NCBI GenBank assembly: GCA_025800285.1
Contig: JAOXRX010000039.1
Location: 10,006 to 74,005, forward strand
Origin: Alphaproteobacteria bacterium
GTDB taxonomy: Bacteria; Pseudomonadota; Alphaproteobacteria; JAOXRX01
Length of the DNA stretch: 64,000 nt
Direction of reading: 5' to 3'
The notes under the pieces are model-generated. The model saw nothing but the letters and a program-made list of their open reading frames with translations. It did no database searches and was not told the origin of the DNA. Every line of letters begins with the position of its first letter. Within the stretch, counting starts at the first letter, position 1. Both the position numbers and the translations under genes were made by a program. Positions 1 through 10,531 of this stretch are shown in pieces.

Positions 1-55
1 GTTCTACATCATCGGTTTTAACTAATTCTTTATCTTTTTTATTATTATCTGTCAT
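1..55 (-). CDS. yidC: membrane protein insertase YidC, N-terminal fragment (gene runs off window start)
   Basis: minus-strand ATG at 55-53 reads MTDNNKKDKELVKTDDVE; lies immediately downstream of yidD in the conserved rpmH-rnpA-yidD-yidC order; only 18 codons visible. Confidence 0.4.
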   Translation of the reverse strand, partial: MTDNNKKDKELVKTDDVE

Positions 56-329
56 GTTTTTTTAAACCTCTATTTTTCAACTCTTCTTTTGTAGGGACGG
101 GATCAAATCCATGAGAGCCCCAAGGGTGGCATTTCATTAGCCTTTTTATAATCAATTTTAATCCAGTCTTGCATCCATGTTCAGTTATAGCATCTACAGC
201 ATAATTTGAGCAACTTGGAGTAAATCTACAATGACTTGGTAAAACTGGTGACACCAATTTTTTATAAATCGTTATAAGTGTTAATAAAATAAATTTCATT
301 ATTTTTCTAAGTTTAACCTCTTTAAGCAA
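45..329 (-). CDS. yidD: membrane protein insertion efficiency factor YidD
   Basis: CRFTPSCSNYA signature of YidD family; position between rnpA and yidC. Confidence 0.85.
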   Translation of the reverse strand: MLKEVKLRKIMKFILLTLITIYKKLVSPVLPSHCRFTPSCSNYAVDAITEHGCKTGLKLIIKRLMKCHPWGSHGFDPVPTKEELKNRGLKKHDR

Positions 330-655
330 TGTTTCATACTTTTTAACATATCAGAGTATTCTGTGTCAAGAGTGCTTTTTCTTCCTATCAAAACAAAATC
401 AACACCATCTATAACATTATCTTTAAGAGTTTCCTTAGCTAAAGCTCTTAATCTTCTTTTTATGCGATTTCTCACAACAGCTTTTTTACTAACCTTTTTA
501 GATACCGTAAATCCGATTCTATTCTGAACAATTCCCTCTTTCTTTTTTATTTGCATAATGAAAGCTGGACATACCCATTTCAAATCGGATTTAGATATAT
601 CTATAAAATCTTTTCGTTTTTTAATTATCGAAAATTTTTTATTTAATTTAAGCAC
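299..655 (-). CDS. rnpA: ribonuclease P protein component
   Basis: 118 aa basic protein with an RnpA-like KRRLRALAKE segment; sits directly downstream of rpmH with an 8-nt overlap. Confidence 0.8.
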   Translation of the reverse strand: MLKLNKKFSIIKKRKDFIDISKSDLKWVCPAFIMQIKKKEGIVQNRIGFTVSKKVSKKAVVRNRIKRRLRALAKETLKDNVIDGVDFVLIGRKSTLDTEYSDMLKSMKHCLKRLNLEK

Positions 656-779
656 TTAATTTTTTTCTACCTTTTGCTCTTCTTTTAGCAAGTACTCCTG
701 TACCAGCTTTTTTTCTAGCGAAGAAGCCTAGTTTTCTTTTCATTTTTCTCTTTGTTTGAGACTGTAATGTTCTTTTCAT
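648..779 (-). CDS. rpmH: 50S ribosomal protein L34
   Basis: hand translation MKRTLQSQTKRKMKRKLGFFARKKAGTGVLAKRRAKGRKKLSA (43 aa), classic L34; below the ORF-track length cutoff. Confidence 0.9.
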   Translation of the reverse strand: MKRTLQSQTKRKMKRKLGFFARKKAGTGVLAKRRAKGRKKLSA

Positions 780-866
780 TTGTATAATTCTCCTAAAATT
801 CTTTTATGAACTAAAGTATATACATTAAAACCCTTTTTTTGTCAAGAGTTTTAACTTGATTTTTTT

Positions 867-1286
867 ATGTTTACATATATAATAGCCATCATGAATTTAT
901 TAGATATTGAAAATGACTTTGCTTTATTAAGCGACTGGGAAGACAGATATGCCTACATAATAGACCTAGGCAAGGGCTTGCCAAACATGAGCTCAGAACT
1001 AAAAAACGACAAGACAAAAGTTGATGGTTGCACATCTCAAGTATGGCTAACAGAGACCCAAAACTCAAGTAAAGAAAGCTTAGAATTTGTAGCAGATAGC
1101 GATTCTACAATAGTAAAAGGATTAGTTGCAATATTACTATTGATATACAATGGTAAATCTGCTAAAGAAGCAAAAGAGATAAACATCGAAGAAGTATTTA
1201 CTAAACTAGGTCTTGAAGGTCATTTATCTGTAAACAGAAGAAATGGCTTTTTCTCAATGGTTAAAAGAATTAAAAACTCTATTTAG
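867..1286 (+). CDS. sufE: cysteine desulfuration protein SufE-like
   Basis: GCTSQVWL motif matches the SufE/CsdE active-site Cys region; about 140 aa. Confidence 0.6.
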   Translation: MFTYIIAIMNLLDIENDFALLSDWEDRYAYIIDLGKGLPNMSSELKNDKTKVDGCTSQVWLTETQNSSKESLEFVADSDSTIVKGLVAILLLIYNGKSAKEAKEINIEEVFTKLGLEGHLSVNRRNGFFSMVKRIKNSI

Positions 1287-2247
1287 AAGCAGTTTTCCTA
1301 ATAGATTTCTTTTTAGTAACCGCTTTCTTAACCTTTGAAACTGACTTTTTAGCTTTTACAACTTTACTCTTAGTTTCTGGCTCTTTTATTTTAGCTTTAG
1401 GTTTTCTTTTAACCTTATGCTTAGCTAGATTTTCTTCGATCAAATCATCCCATTTATTAGAGCTCAACCAAGCTTTTCTAGTAATTCCAAAAGGAATTGT
1501 ATCAGGGAAAATTCTATATGGAGTATTCTCTATAGCGAATTTATACCCCTCATCAAAAGATGGTAGCTTAAACTTAGGATTAATTTGAACCGCAAAGAAA
1601 GCCCAGAAAATATCCTCTTTCTTATCAAACTTCCTGATTAAACTATGAATAGCTCTTTTTCGACCAACCATGTTTTGTAGATGAATCCAAGCACCATATC
1701 TTTTTAATCTACTCCACCATCTCCATTCTAAAAATAGCTTTCTAGATTGTCTATTCTGAGGAACCAAGTGTATTGTTTCTCTATCAAAAATTTCTATAAA
1801 CTCATCAATTTTTCTAAGAGATAAAGCACCCTTACCTACTCCACCTATAACAGATTTGCGATTCTCTTTATTTCTTCTAAACCACGGAGCTCCTATATAA
1901 CTATAGTCTTTTTCAGCCCATTTATCCAAATCTTCATCATCGCCAAAAACAACACTACCAATCTTATGATAAAGCATATAATCATAATCTTTAAAATAGG
2001 AATAGAATTTTTTGGACATTAGCATTGCAAGAGCTGTTTTTCTAGTCTTAAACCTTCCAGGAGAAAGCCTCATTATTTTAAAACCAGCTGTATTAACCCC
2101 CTTTAAATCAAAGTTTATAGGGCATAATATATACTTATCATGTTTTTTTAAGTTATTCTTTAGGCATTTTAAGGAAACCTTATCCTCTTTGGATAATTCT
2201 TCATAAATAGGAACAACTACTACTGTCTTTTTACTCATGACAACCAC
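1279..2247 (-). CDS. hypothetical protein with DxD-like motif (GDDED) and a lysine-rich C-terminal tail; possibly glycosyltransferase-like
   Basis: 322 aa ORF; the last 50 residues are a K-rich tail (KVKRKPKAKIKEPETKSKVVKAKKSVSKVKKAVTKKK); no confident family assignment. Confidence 0.35.
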   Translation of the reverse strand: MVVMSKKTVVVVPIYEELSKEDKVSLKCLKNNLKKHDKYILCPINFDLKGVNTAGFKIMRLSPGRFKTRKTALAMLMSKKFYSYFKDYDYMLYHKIGSVVFGDDEDLDKWAEKDYSYIGAPWFRRNKENRKSVIGGVGKGALSLRKIDEFIEIFDRETIHLVPQNRQSRKLFLEWRWWSRLKRYGAWIHLQNMVGRKRAIHSLIRKFDKKEDIFWAFFAVQINPKFKLPSFDEGYKFAIENTPYRIFPDTIPFGITRKAWLSSNKWDDLIEENLAKHKVKRKPKAKIKEPETKSKVVKAKKSVSKVKKAVTKKKSIRKTASK

Positions 2248-2391
2248 CTCACTTTCTACCCCTTATATTTATATTTAACGACCTTTTACAACAAATTGCA
2301 AGATTTTTTTATAATATAATTAAAAGCTTGCATAATATAGAATTATACTATATAAAATAGGAGTTAATTTAACAAAAAAAAGGATTTTAAA

Positions 2392-3327
2392 ATGGAAAGA
2401 CAATTAGTAAATACTAAAGAAATGTTCGAAAGAGCTCAAAAAGAAGGTTATACTATCGGAGCATTTAATGCGAACAACCTAGAAGCTGTTAAAGCTATTG
2501 TTGAAGCTTGTGAAGAAATGCAATCACCTGCAATTATTCAAGCATCTACAGGTGCTATTAAATATGCTGGTATGGAATACTTAATGGCAATGATGGAAGG
2601 TGCTCTAAAATCAAGCACAGTTCCTCTAGCTATTCACCTAGACCATGGTCCAGACTTTGAAGCTTGTAAAAAAGTTATAGATGCAGGATTTAAATCAGTT
2701 ATGATTGATGGATCTCATCACCCACTAGAAGAAAACATTAGAATCACTAAAGAAGTTGTAGAGTATGCTCATGCAAGAGGTGTTACTGTTGAAGCTGAAT
2801 TAGGAAGACTTGCTGGTGTTGAAGATGATGTTAATGTATCTGCTGAAGATGCTTCTTATACAATTCCAGAAGAAGCAAAAAGATTCGTTGAAGAAACAGG
2901 TTGTGACTCTCTAGCTATCGCTATTGGAACAAGTCACGGTGCATTCAAGTTCACAACAGAGCCTCAATTAGCTTTTGATAGACTTGAAGAAATCAGAGCT
3001 GTTTTACCAGAAAACTTCCCATTAGTGTTGCACGGAGCTTCTTCTGTATATCCAGAACTAGTTGCTAGATGTAATGAAAACGGTGGAGAAATTCCTCCAG
3101 CTATGGGTGTTCCAAATGAAATGCTATCTTATGCTGCTAAACACGGTATTGCAAAAGTTAATACAGATACAGACTTAAGATTTGCTATGACTGGAGCAAT
3201 CAGAGAAACTTTTGTAAAAGATCCTGCTCAAATTGACCCAAGAAAATATTGTGGTCCAGCTAAAGAAGCTATGAAAGAGATCGTAAAACAAAAGATTGAA
3301 GTTTTCGGATCAGCTAACAAAGCTTAA
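2392..3327 (+). CDS. fba: class II fructose/ketose-bisphosphate aldolase
   Basis: 311 aa ORF; assignment to the class II FBA family from the N-terminal segment (GAFNANNLEAVKAIVEA...) and the LAIHLDHG region; followed by a strong terminator. Confidence 0.85.
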   Translation: MERQLVNTKEMFERAQKEGYTIGAFNANNLEAVKAIVEACEEMQSPAIIQASTGAIKYAGMEYLMAMMEGALKSSTVPLAIHLDHGPDFEACKKVIDAGFKSVMIDGSHHPLEENIRITKEVVEYAHARGVTVEAELGRLAGVEDDVNVSAEDASYTIPEEAKRFVEETGCDSLAIAIGTSHGAFKFTTEPQLAFDRLEEIRAVLPENFPLVLHGASSVYPELVARCNENGGEIPPAMGVPNEMLSYAAKHGIAKVNTDTDLRFAMTGAIRETFVKDPAQIDPRKYCGPAKEAMKEIVKQKIEVFGSANKA

Positions 3328-3361
3328 AACGAATTTTTATTCAATTTAATATGATTGTTAA

Positions 3362-3396
3362 AGAAGACCTTGTGAAGATACAAGGTCTTCTTTTAT
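3362..3396 (+). terminator. rho-independent terminator after fba
   Basis: perfect hairpin gaagaccttg-tgaagata-caaggtcttc followed by a T-tract. Confidence 0.8.
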
Positions 3397-3539
3397 TCTT
3401 GCATAATATTATACAAACTTAAATTAAAAAAATCTAATGTAAATCTAAGCTATATTTAAAGTAACAAACTATAATAAGTTGCAACTTTCTGTTTTATATG
3501 CTACAAACATATCAAATCAATTTATAAGGAATATTTATC

Positions 3540-4172
3540 ATGGAATTTGAAAAAGGTATCGTCACAAAAGCAAGGAAAGAATTCTCAAAGCCAACTCAGT
3601 TTATGGCTGGGGTAACTTCTGAAAAAAACATGATAAATTCAAAACTAGCAGAGTTTGCATTTGCAGGAAAGTCAAATGTAGGAAAATCATCTCTTATAAA
3701 TGCAGTTGTTGGACAAAAAAAACTTGCAAGAACATCAAATACACCGGGAAGGACTCAGCAAATAAACTTCTTTAAAATTGGAGACAAGATTATGTTAGCA
3801 GACATGCCTGGTTATGGTTATGCTAAAGTTTCTAAATCTCTAAGAAAAGAGTGGGATGGACTTATGGTTAACTATCTTAAAGGTCGTCCTAACCTAAAAA
3901 GAGCTTTTGTTCTAGTAGATTCTCGTCGTGGTTTAAAAGATCACGATAAACAGTTAATGAGTATACTTGATGAAGCCGGAGTTCAATATTTTATTGTATT
4001 TACAAAAAAAGATAAAGTTGGAATCAAAGAAATTGAAAGATTAAAACTTGAAACGGAGACTACTATCAAGAAGAATCCAGCAGCTTTCCCTGAAGTATTA
4101 TTCACATCCTCTGAGAAAAAAGATGGTATTGATGAACTAAGAGCTCTAATGATAAGCCTGATTAGCAACTAG
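3540..4172 (+). CDS. engB: ribosome biogenesis GTP-binding protein EngB/YihA
   Basis: G1 GKSNVGKSSLIN, DMPGYGYA, and FTKKDK (G4) motifs typical of EngB. Confidence 0.85.
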   Translation: MEFEKGIVTKARKEFSKPTQFMAGVTSEKNMINSKLAEFAFAGKSNVGKSSLINAVVGQKKLARTSNTPGRTQQINFFKIGDKIMLADMPGYGYAKVSKSLRKEWDGLMVNYLKGRPNLKRAFVLVDSRRGLKDHDKQLMSILDEAGVQYFIVFTKKDKVGIKEIERLKLETETTIKKNPAAFPEVLFTSSEKKDGIDELRALMISLISN

Positions 4173-4901
4173 ACAAGAAAGTATCATTATAACAGCGGTC
4201 TCTACCCTTAAAATATTATCTCCTAAAGAAATATTTTTTATATTATCTAATTTATTATTTATAAAGTCTTTTTCTTCTGCAGAAAATCCTCCCGCAGGGC
4301 CTATTATAATAGAAACCTCTTGATTAGACCCCATCTTTGATAAAGCAGAAAAAAGATTATCACCCACCCTGCTTTCATCAGCAAATAAGATTAAGTTATC
4401 ATCTTTTATATCTCTTAATTTAATAGCATCATGAACTTTTGGCACATCTAATCTTTCACATTGTTCTGCAGCCTCAATAACTTGCAATCTCATTTTATCT
4501 TCTTTAAATAATTTACTATCACCAAAACTTGTAATAATTGGCTGAAGTTCTGAAACTCCAAGCTCTGTAGCTTTTTCTACTAAAAATGCTAAACGATGCT
4601 TGTTAGTAGAGCCAAAATATAACTTAATATTTGAAGAACATTTTTGCTCTTTTAACTGCTTTTGACATTCTGCTAATATAAACTTGTTTTTAACTTCTGT
4701 TATTTGAGCTAAATACTCTCCATCTTTGCCATTAAACACAGATATATAATCACCCTCTTTTATTCTCATAACATTTTTTAAAAAATGCAATTGTGGAGCG
4801 ACTATATCAAGAGTTAGATTTTCTCTCAAAGGCTTTTCTATATATAATCTAGTTTTTATTTTCATATTTTCTAATCTATCTCTATTTTTATAAATTTGCA
4901 A
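4146..4901 (-). CDS. rsmE: 16S rRNA (uracil1498-N3)-methyltransferase RsmE (likely true start near 4864, MKIKTRLYIE)
   Basis: RsmE-like PUA N-terminal region and C-terminal SPOUT region with GPAGGFS and NISLGDNILRVETA. Confidence 0.75.
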   Translation of the reverse strand: MQIYKNRDRLENMKIKTRLYIEKPLRENLTLDIVAPQLHFLKNVMRIKEGDYISVFNGKDGEYLAQITEVKNKFILAECQKQLKEQKCSSNIKLYFGSTNKHRLAFLVEKATELGVSELQPIITSFGDSKLFKEDKMRLQVIEAAEQCERLDVPKVHDAIKLRDIKDDNLILFADESRVGDNLFSALSKMGSNQEVSIIIGPAGGFSAEEKDFINNKLDNIKNISLGDNILRVETAVIMILSCLVANQAYH

Positions 4902-4981
4902 TTATTTTTTTAAAAATTCAAACCCTCTTTATTTTTTATAAAAAATATGATAAAATGAATCTTTATTTATAAGGAGAAATC

Positions 4982-5197
4982 ATGAGAAAGAAATTATTAG
5001 CAGACACAGGTAGAGTTGCTTGGGATGCGATATTAGCTGGAGCAAGCATTGCATCAGCTTTTGCTATTTACAAAGCAACAAATGGCTTTAATTTTTCAGA
5101 GCAAAAAAGATCTAATGATATTATTATAATAAATCAAAAAACCAATCAACATTCTGAAGCTAATTTGGTTAATAAAAGCACTATTGGATTATTTTAA
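4982..5197 (+). CDS. small hypothetical protein (71 aa)
   Basis: ORF with an upstream AGGAG-like RBS (aaggagaaatcATG) and a downstream bidirectional terminator; no recognisable family. Confidence 0.3.
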   Translation: MRKKLLADTGRVAWDAILAGASIASAFAIYKATNGFNFSEQKRSNDIIIINQKTNQHSEANLVNKSTIGLF

Positions 5198-5227
5198 TAA
5201 TATCAAAAAGGTAATTAATTATATAAA

Positions 5228-5259
5228 AAAAGAGTCTGTTCAAAACAGACTCTTTTCTT
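5228..5259. terminator. bidirectional rho-independent terminator between the 71-aa ORF and gap
   Basis: hairpin aagagtctgtt-caaa-acagactctt flanked by an A-tract and a T-tract. Confidence 0.75.
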
Positions 5260-5292
5260 CATTTACTCAAATTCATGATTTATATAAATAAA

Positions 5293-6297
5293 TTATGCAT
5301 TCATAAGTGCTACAGCTGTATCACTCATTCTGTTTGAGAATCCCCATTCATTATCATACCAAGTCATAATTCTAACGAAGTTACCTTCCATAACAGTAGT
5401 ACCGTTTAGAGAGAAAGTTGATGAGTTAGGGTTATGGTTGAAGTCGATAGATACTAGTGGTTCATCATAAACACCTAGAACACCTTTTAATTCACCTTCA
5501 GAAGCAGCAATGATAGCATTGTTGATTTCTTCTACAGTTGTATCTTTTTTAGCTGTAAATTTTAGATCAACTAAAGATACATTTGGTGTAGGTACTCTAA
5601 CAGCACTTCCGTGTAGTTTTCCAACAAGTTGTGGTAATACTAGACCAACAGCTTTAGCAGCACCAGTTGATGTTGGGATCATAGACATAGCAGCAGCTCT
5701 TGCTCTATGTGGATCTTTGTGAATTGAATCAACTGTGTTTTGATCACCTGTGTAAGCATGAATTGTTGTCATGTAACCTTTTTCGATACCGATAACTTCA
5801 TCAAGAACTTTAGCTACTGGAGCTAGACAGTTTGTTGTACATGAAGCATTAGAAACGATAACATCTTCAGCTGTTAATGTGTCATGGTTAACACCATAAA
5901 CAATTGTTTTATCTGCATCACCTGATGGAGCTGAGATAAGAACTTTTTTAGCACCAGCTTCTAAATGAAGAGCTGCTTTTTCTCTAGCTGTGAAGATACC
6001 TGAACATTCCATAACAAGGTCAACACCTAGTTCACCCCATGGAAGGTCAGCTGGATTTCTTTCAGCACAAACTTTAATTTCTTTTCCGTTCACGATTAGT
6101 GAGTTTTCTGTGAAAGATACTTCACCGTTGAATTTACCGTGTGTTGAATCGTATTTTAATAGGTGAGCGTGAGCAGATGCTGGCGCTAGGTCATTAATTG
6201 CTACGAATTCGATATCTGTTCTGCCTGATTCGATAGCTGCTCTAAAAACAAGTCTACCGATTCTACCAAAACCATTAATAGCTACTTTAATTGCCAT
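5293..6297 (-). CDS. gap: glyceraldehyde-3-phosphate dehydrogenase
   Basis: [12 protein letters not shown]-binding motif and the SCTTNCLAP catalytic Cys motif. Confidence 0.95.
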   Translation of the reverse strand: MAIKVAINGFGRIGRLVFRAAIESGRTDIEFVAINDLAPASAHAHLLKYDSTHGKFNGEVSFTENSLIVNGKEIKVCAERNPADLPWGELGVDLVMECSGIFTAREKAALHLEAGAKKVLISAPSGDADKTIVYGVNHDTLTAEDVIVSNASCTTNCLAPVAKVLDEVIGIEKGYMTTIHAYTGDQNTVDSIHKDPHRARAAAMSMIPTSTGAAKAVGLVLPQLVGKLHGSAVRVPTPNVSLVDLKFTAKKDTTVEEINNAIIAASEGELKGVLGVYDEPLVSIDFNHNPNSSTFSLNGTTVMEGNFVRIMTWYDNEWGFSNRMSDTAVALMNA

Positions 6298-6580
6298 TTT
6301 ATAATTTCTCCTTATTGTTTAAATTTTTCCAAATGCATATAACATATACTTTTAGATCTATACACAAATCTGTTGAAATAATTTCTTATTTATAAATTAA
6401 TTTCCATCGATTTAGATACATATATTACATTTTTATACTAAAAAGTCAAGAAAAACCCGATTCAATGGATAGCATTAACACTCTGTCTTTTTTATCAAAT
6501 TAAATAAAACAAAAAATTAAGACTCTTGTTGTGCACACTAGCACTACAATAGAGTCTTAAAATATTAAAATAAAATTGCC

Positions 6581-7675
6581 TTAGAAGCCACTTGATATAG
6601 GGTATGTATTAACATTCTCCAACCATTCGCTAAGAGCTTTAATAACAGTTTCGGAGTAATCTCCCATTGCTATTACATAATCTTTATAAGAAGCGACCTT
6701 TTCAAGCTCATTAAGAGCACCAATAACAGCCTCCTTATTTGATATATCTTTATCTATGAAAACATAATTACTTGCATAAGGAACTCCGTATTCTTCTGCA
6801 ACACCAGCTGCGACGGAATAATAATTAGATTTTGAGTCCAAAAATGCTAAATCTTTGCTTTTTATAGATGCCATTATTGGCTTCATTACATTAATGTGTT
6901 TCTTGCTAGTAACTTTGGATCCCATATCATTAGTAATAGCTATAGGCATATAAGAATTATCCAGCACAGTATCTAAAACATCCACATTCTCCATTGTTGA
7001 ATTACCTGTAGTAATTGACAGTTCTGGAAGAGAAATGCTTTCGTTAAAAGGTTCCATTGTAATACTTACTATAAGATTATCAAAACCAGCTTCTTTCGCT
7101 TTCTTCATAGCTTCAAAATTACCATTTTTAAAAGCTAATCCAATTTCCTTGTTATTTGCTAAATATTTAATAACACTATCTATGTTCTCTGATGATATAT
7201 CTGTCAAAACAATAGATATATTAGTTGATTTCACAACAACCTCTTCTTGTTCCTCAACAACACTATCTATAACACTTTCTTCATTAGCTTCAGAAACAAC
7301 TTCTAAAGACTTTTCTTCAGAAACTAAATATGCTCCATTTAATGCTTCCCAAGAAGAATCTAATAGATTTTCATCTTCTAAACTCACCTCTTCATCATAT
7401 GTAAATAATTCTTCTGCAACCAAATCAACAACAGGCTCAGCAGGAACAAAGCTTTCTAAATCTGCACTTGGAACCACTTCTACAACAACTGGCTCCTCAA
7501 CAGTTATATAAACTTCATCAGACTTAGTTACTTCTAAAGAACCATAATCTGATCCACTCATAATATAAATAATAGATACAAAAGTTATTAATAATAAAAA
7601 TACTACTATTTTATAAACACTACTTAACATCTTCCACCTTCTTATCTGCTTCTTTGTAATCATTTTGTTTTGCAT
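6581..7675 (-). CDS. divergent polysaccharide deacetylase family protein (YibQ-like) with an acidic low-complexity N-terminal extension
   Basis: C-terminal 250 aa match the YibQ pattern (NDMGSKVTS, LAFLDSKSNYYSVAA, YVFIDKD); sits downstream of ctpA in the usual ctpA-yibQ arrangement; N-terminal TM plus a V/E-rich segment. Confidence 0.7.
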   Translation of the reverse strand: MQNKMITKKQIRRWKMLSSVYKIVVFLLLITFVSIIYIMSGSDYGSLEVTKSDEVYITVEEPVVVEVVPSADLESFVPAEPVVDLVAEELFTYDEEVSLEDENLLDSSWEALNGAYLVSEEKSLEVVSEANEESVIDSVVEEQEEVVVKSTNISIVLTDISSENIDSVIKYLANNKEIGLAFKNGNFEAMKKAKEAGFDNLIVSITMEPFNESISLPELSITTGNSTMENVDVLDTVLDNSYMPIAITNDMGSKVTSKKHINVMKPIMASIKSKDLAFLDSKSNYYSVAAGVAEEYGVPYASNYVFIDKDISNKEAVIGALNELEKVASYKDYVIAMGDYSETVIKALSEWLENVNTYPISSGF

Positions 7676-9011
7676 ATATTGCGATACCTTTTACAATTTC
7701 AATAGATCTGTTTAATTGATAATCATCTTTTTTATCACCAGAATTATCTTTGTTTTTAGGGTTTTTATCTTTTTTTTCACCCTTTTCTGGATTTTTAAGA
7801 GCCCCCTTCAAATCAGCTTCTTCTATTAGATATTTCTCCCAATCATTCTCTTTTTCTTTAAGCTCTTCATTTTTAATTTCGATATCTGGATCTATACCAA
7901 GAGCTTGTATAGAGTGTCCACTTGGAGTGTAATATCTTGAAGTTGTCATTTTTACAGCTGTTTTACCATTAACTAAAGGATAGATTGTTTGCACTGACCC
8001 TTTACCGAAAGATTTTGTTCCAACTATTACAGCTCTTTTATGATCCTTAAGAGCACCAGCAACAATTTCTGATGCAGAAGCAGAGCCTTGATTTATAATA
8101 ACAACTATTGGTTTTCCATTTGCTTTATCTCCATTTGCAGCAAAAAACTTCATATTATCAACAGAATCTCTACCTTTTGTTGAAACTATCTCGCCACCAT
8201 CTAAAAATGCTTCTGAAACAGCTATTGCCATAGTTAAAAGCCCTCCAGGGTTATTTCTTAAATCTAAAACATACCCATCAACATTAGCTCCAATTTCATC
8301 AAAAGCGGTTTCTAGCTCTGATTTAGTTTTTTGACTAAAAGTTGCAACTCTTATATATCCAATATTATCTATAACATCGCTTTTTACAGAGTCTATATTA
8401 ATTATATCTCTAACGATTTTAACATCTCTAGGTTCTCCTTTTAAACCTTGACGAACTGTAAGTGTGATATCTGTACCAGGCTCTCCTCTCATTCTATCTA
8501 CTGCATCATTTAAATCTATACCTATAATAGCTTCACCATCCAGATGAGTTATAAAATCACCGGACATAATACCTGCTTTTTGAGCTGGAGTATCATCTAT
8601 AGGAGAAACAACTTTTACAACCTCATCCTCTGTTGTAATTTGAATACCTAAACCACCAAACTTTCCAGAAGTTGAAACTTGCATATCTTCTAGCTCTTTT
8701 TCATCCAAGAAAGATGAGTGAGGATCCAAAGATTTAAGCATACCATCCAAAGACAAATCTATTATCTCTTTATATGTTTTTTCATCTACATATCTTTGTT
8801 TAACAAGAGATAAAACTGCTTCAAACTTTTCAAGTTGTTTATAAGCATCTTGGAGTTCATCATAAGTCATGACCATGCCCTTTGGAGCATTATCTACTTT
8901 TTTTGTTTCTAATTTTTTATTATTTGCTGTTGCATTATAACCGCTAATCATTATAGCGATAAAAAACACGAAAAATCTTTTCATAAAAACTATCCTATCC
9001 CTGAAATTCAT
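7620..9011 (-). CDS. ctpA: carboxyl-terminal processing protease (S41 family)
   Basis: PDZ segment (GGLGIQIT), S41 catalytic region VLDLRNNPGGLL and GSASASEIVAGAL. Confidence 0.9.
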   Translation of the reverse strand: MNFRDRIVFMKRFFVFFIAIMISGYNATANNKKLETKKVDNAPKGMVMTYDELQDAYKQLEKFEAVLSLVKQRYVDEKTYKEIIDLSLDGMLKSLDPHSSFLDEKELEDMQVSTSGKFGGLGIQITTEDEVVKVVSPIDDTPAQKAGIMSGDFITHLDGEAIIGIDLNDAVDRMRGEPGTDITLTVRQGLKGEPRDVKIVRDIINIDSVKSDVIDNIGYIRVATFSQKTKSELETAFDEIGANVDGYVLDLRNNPGGLLTMAIAVSEAFLDGGEIVSTKGRDSVDNMKFFAANGDKANGKPIVVIINQGSASASEIVAGALKDHKRAVIVGTKSFGKGSVQTIYPLVNGKTAVKMTTSRYYTPSGHSIQALGIDPDIEIKNEELKEKENDWEKYLIEEADLKGALKNPEKGEKKDKNPKNKDNSGDKKDDYQLNRSIEIVKGIAIYAKQNDYKEADKKVEDVK

Positions 9012-9078
9012 TATTGTTCATATATAACTTTAGCAAAACAACATATCAATTGCAAGTAAATAATAGCCTATAAATTAG

Positions 9079-10395
9079 TTATTTACCTATACAAAAATCC
9101 GAGAAAATTATATCTAAAAGCTCTTCAATTTCTACAGAGCCAGTAATTTTTCCTATCTCACGAATAGCAAGCCTAACATCTTCTGCTTGCAACTCTAAAA
9201 CATTATTTTCTATTGCTCTATTAAGGGATTCCACCGCATTTTGCAAGAACTTTCTATGCCTCTCTCTTGTTACAGAAGCACTTCCTGCAGAGAACAACCT
9301 ACTCTCAGTTTCTTGCTCTAATTTAGATAATAAAACATCAAGATTCATCCCTTTTAAAGCAGATATCTCTATCACATCCGAGGCTTTAGCACAAACAGCT
9401 TTATAACTATTTTCTTTTTTCTCTAAATCGCATTTATTGATAACCACAATAGAATCTTCATCTATTAAATCTAAACTTGTGTCATCAACATCTTTAGAGC
9501 AATCAAACATCACAACTTTTATATCTGCATTTTCAGCTTTTTTAAGAGCTCTTAATATGCCTTCATGTTCAATTTCATTATCCGCCTCTCTTATACCTGC
9601 GGTATCAGAAATTATTGCAGGATAACCATTCAAATCCAGATGAACATCTATAACATCTCTTGTTGTACCCGCTGTATCAGAGACTATTGCAACTTCTCTT
9701 TTTGCTATTGCATTCATCAACTGAGATTTACCAGCATTAGGAGCTCCTAATATCGCAATAGACAACCCCTCTCTAAGTTTTTCCCCTCTTCCATTATCAT
9801 TTAAGTGATTATCAATCTCTTGTAAAACCCTCTTAATTTTTGGAGAAGTATTATCAACATCAATCTCTTCATCAGAGAAATCTATCACGGCCTCTGTATA
9901 AGCCATAATCTCTTTTAAATCTTTTCTCCAACCTTCATATAACCTACCTAGCTCACCCTCCATTTGCCTTAGAGCTTGCTTTTTCTGAGCTTTTGTTTCA
10001 GCATCTATTAAATCAGCAATAGCTTCCGCTTTTGTAAGATCCATTTTACCATTTTCAAATGCTCTACGAGAAAACTCTCCTGGTTCAGCCATACGGAAAT
10101 TCTTAATTTTAGACAAAGCCTTTAACACTCCATCAATAACTGCTCTACCGCCGTGAATATGTAATTCTACCACATTCTCCCCAGTGAAAGACTTAGGAGA
10201 TTCAAAATATATTACTAGAGCATCGTCTAATAACTCTTCGTTATCGTACAAATATCTAACACTTGCCATTCTATGTTGAGGCAAAGGTTTATTTGTTAAA
10301 ACTTGCAGAGATTTTTCTGCTTCTGGCCCTGAGATTCTAATTACACAGACACCTGCTTTAGTTGCTCCACTTGAGATTGCATAAATATTTTCCAT
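9079..10395 (-). CDS. mnmE: tRNA modification GTPase MnmE
   Basis: GAPNAGKSQLMN G-domain and the C-terminal FCIGK signature. Confidence 0.95.
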   Translation of the reverse strand: MENIYAISSGATKAGVCVIRISGPEAEKSLQVLTNKPLPQHRMASVRYLYDNEELLDDALVIYFESPKSFTGENVVELHIHGGRAVIDGVLKALSKIKNFRMAEPGEFSRRAFENGKMDLTKAEAIADLIDAETKAQKKQALRQMEGELGRLYEGWRKDLKEIMAYTEAVIDFSDEEIDVDNTSPKIKRVLQEIDNHLNDNGRGEKLREGLSIAILGAPNAGKSQLMNAIAKREVAIVSDTAGTTRDVIDVHLDLNGYPAIISDTAGIREADNEIEHEGILRALKKAENADIKVVMFDCSKDVDDTSLDLIDEDSIVVINKCDLEKKENSYKAVCAKASDVIEISALKGMNLDVLLSKLEQETESRLFSAGSASVTRERHRKFLQNAVESLNRAIENNVLELQAEDVRLAIREIGKITGSVEIEELLDIIFSDFCIGK

Positions 10396-10531
10396 ATCCG
10401 GACTATACTATTAATATCCATTTTTGTCAAAGAATTAATATTCTTACTACAATAAACCAATTTTATACATAAAACCATATAGATTTACCTATATCACTTA
10501 CAACTAATTATATATCTATATATCTACATAT

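Noticed and set aside
3983-4168. 61-aa minus-strand ORF
   Set aside because: Embedded antisense within the engB C-terminal coding region. No signals.
7035-7511. 158-aa plus-strand ORF
   Set aside because: Antisense to the yibQ-like gene over its low-complexity acidic region. S/T-rich composition typical of a mirror-frame artefact.
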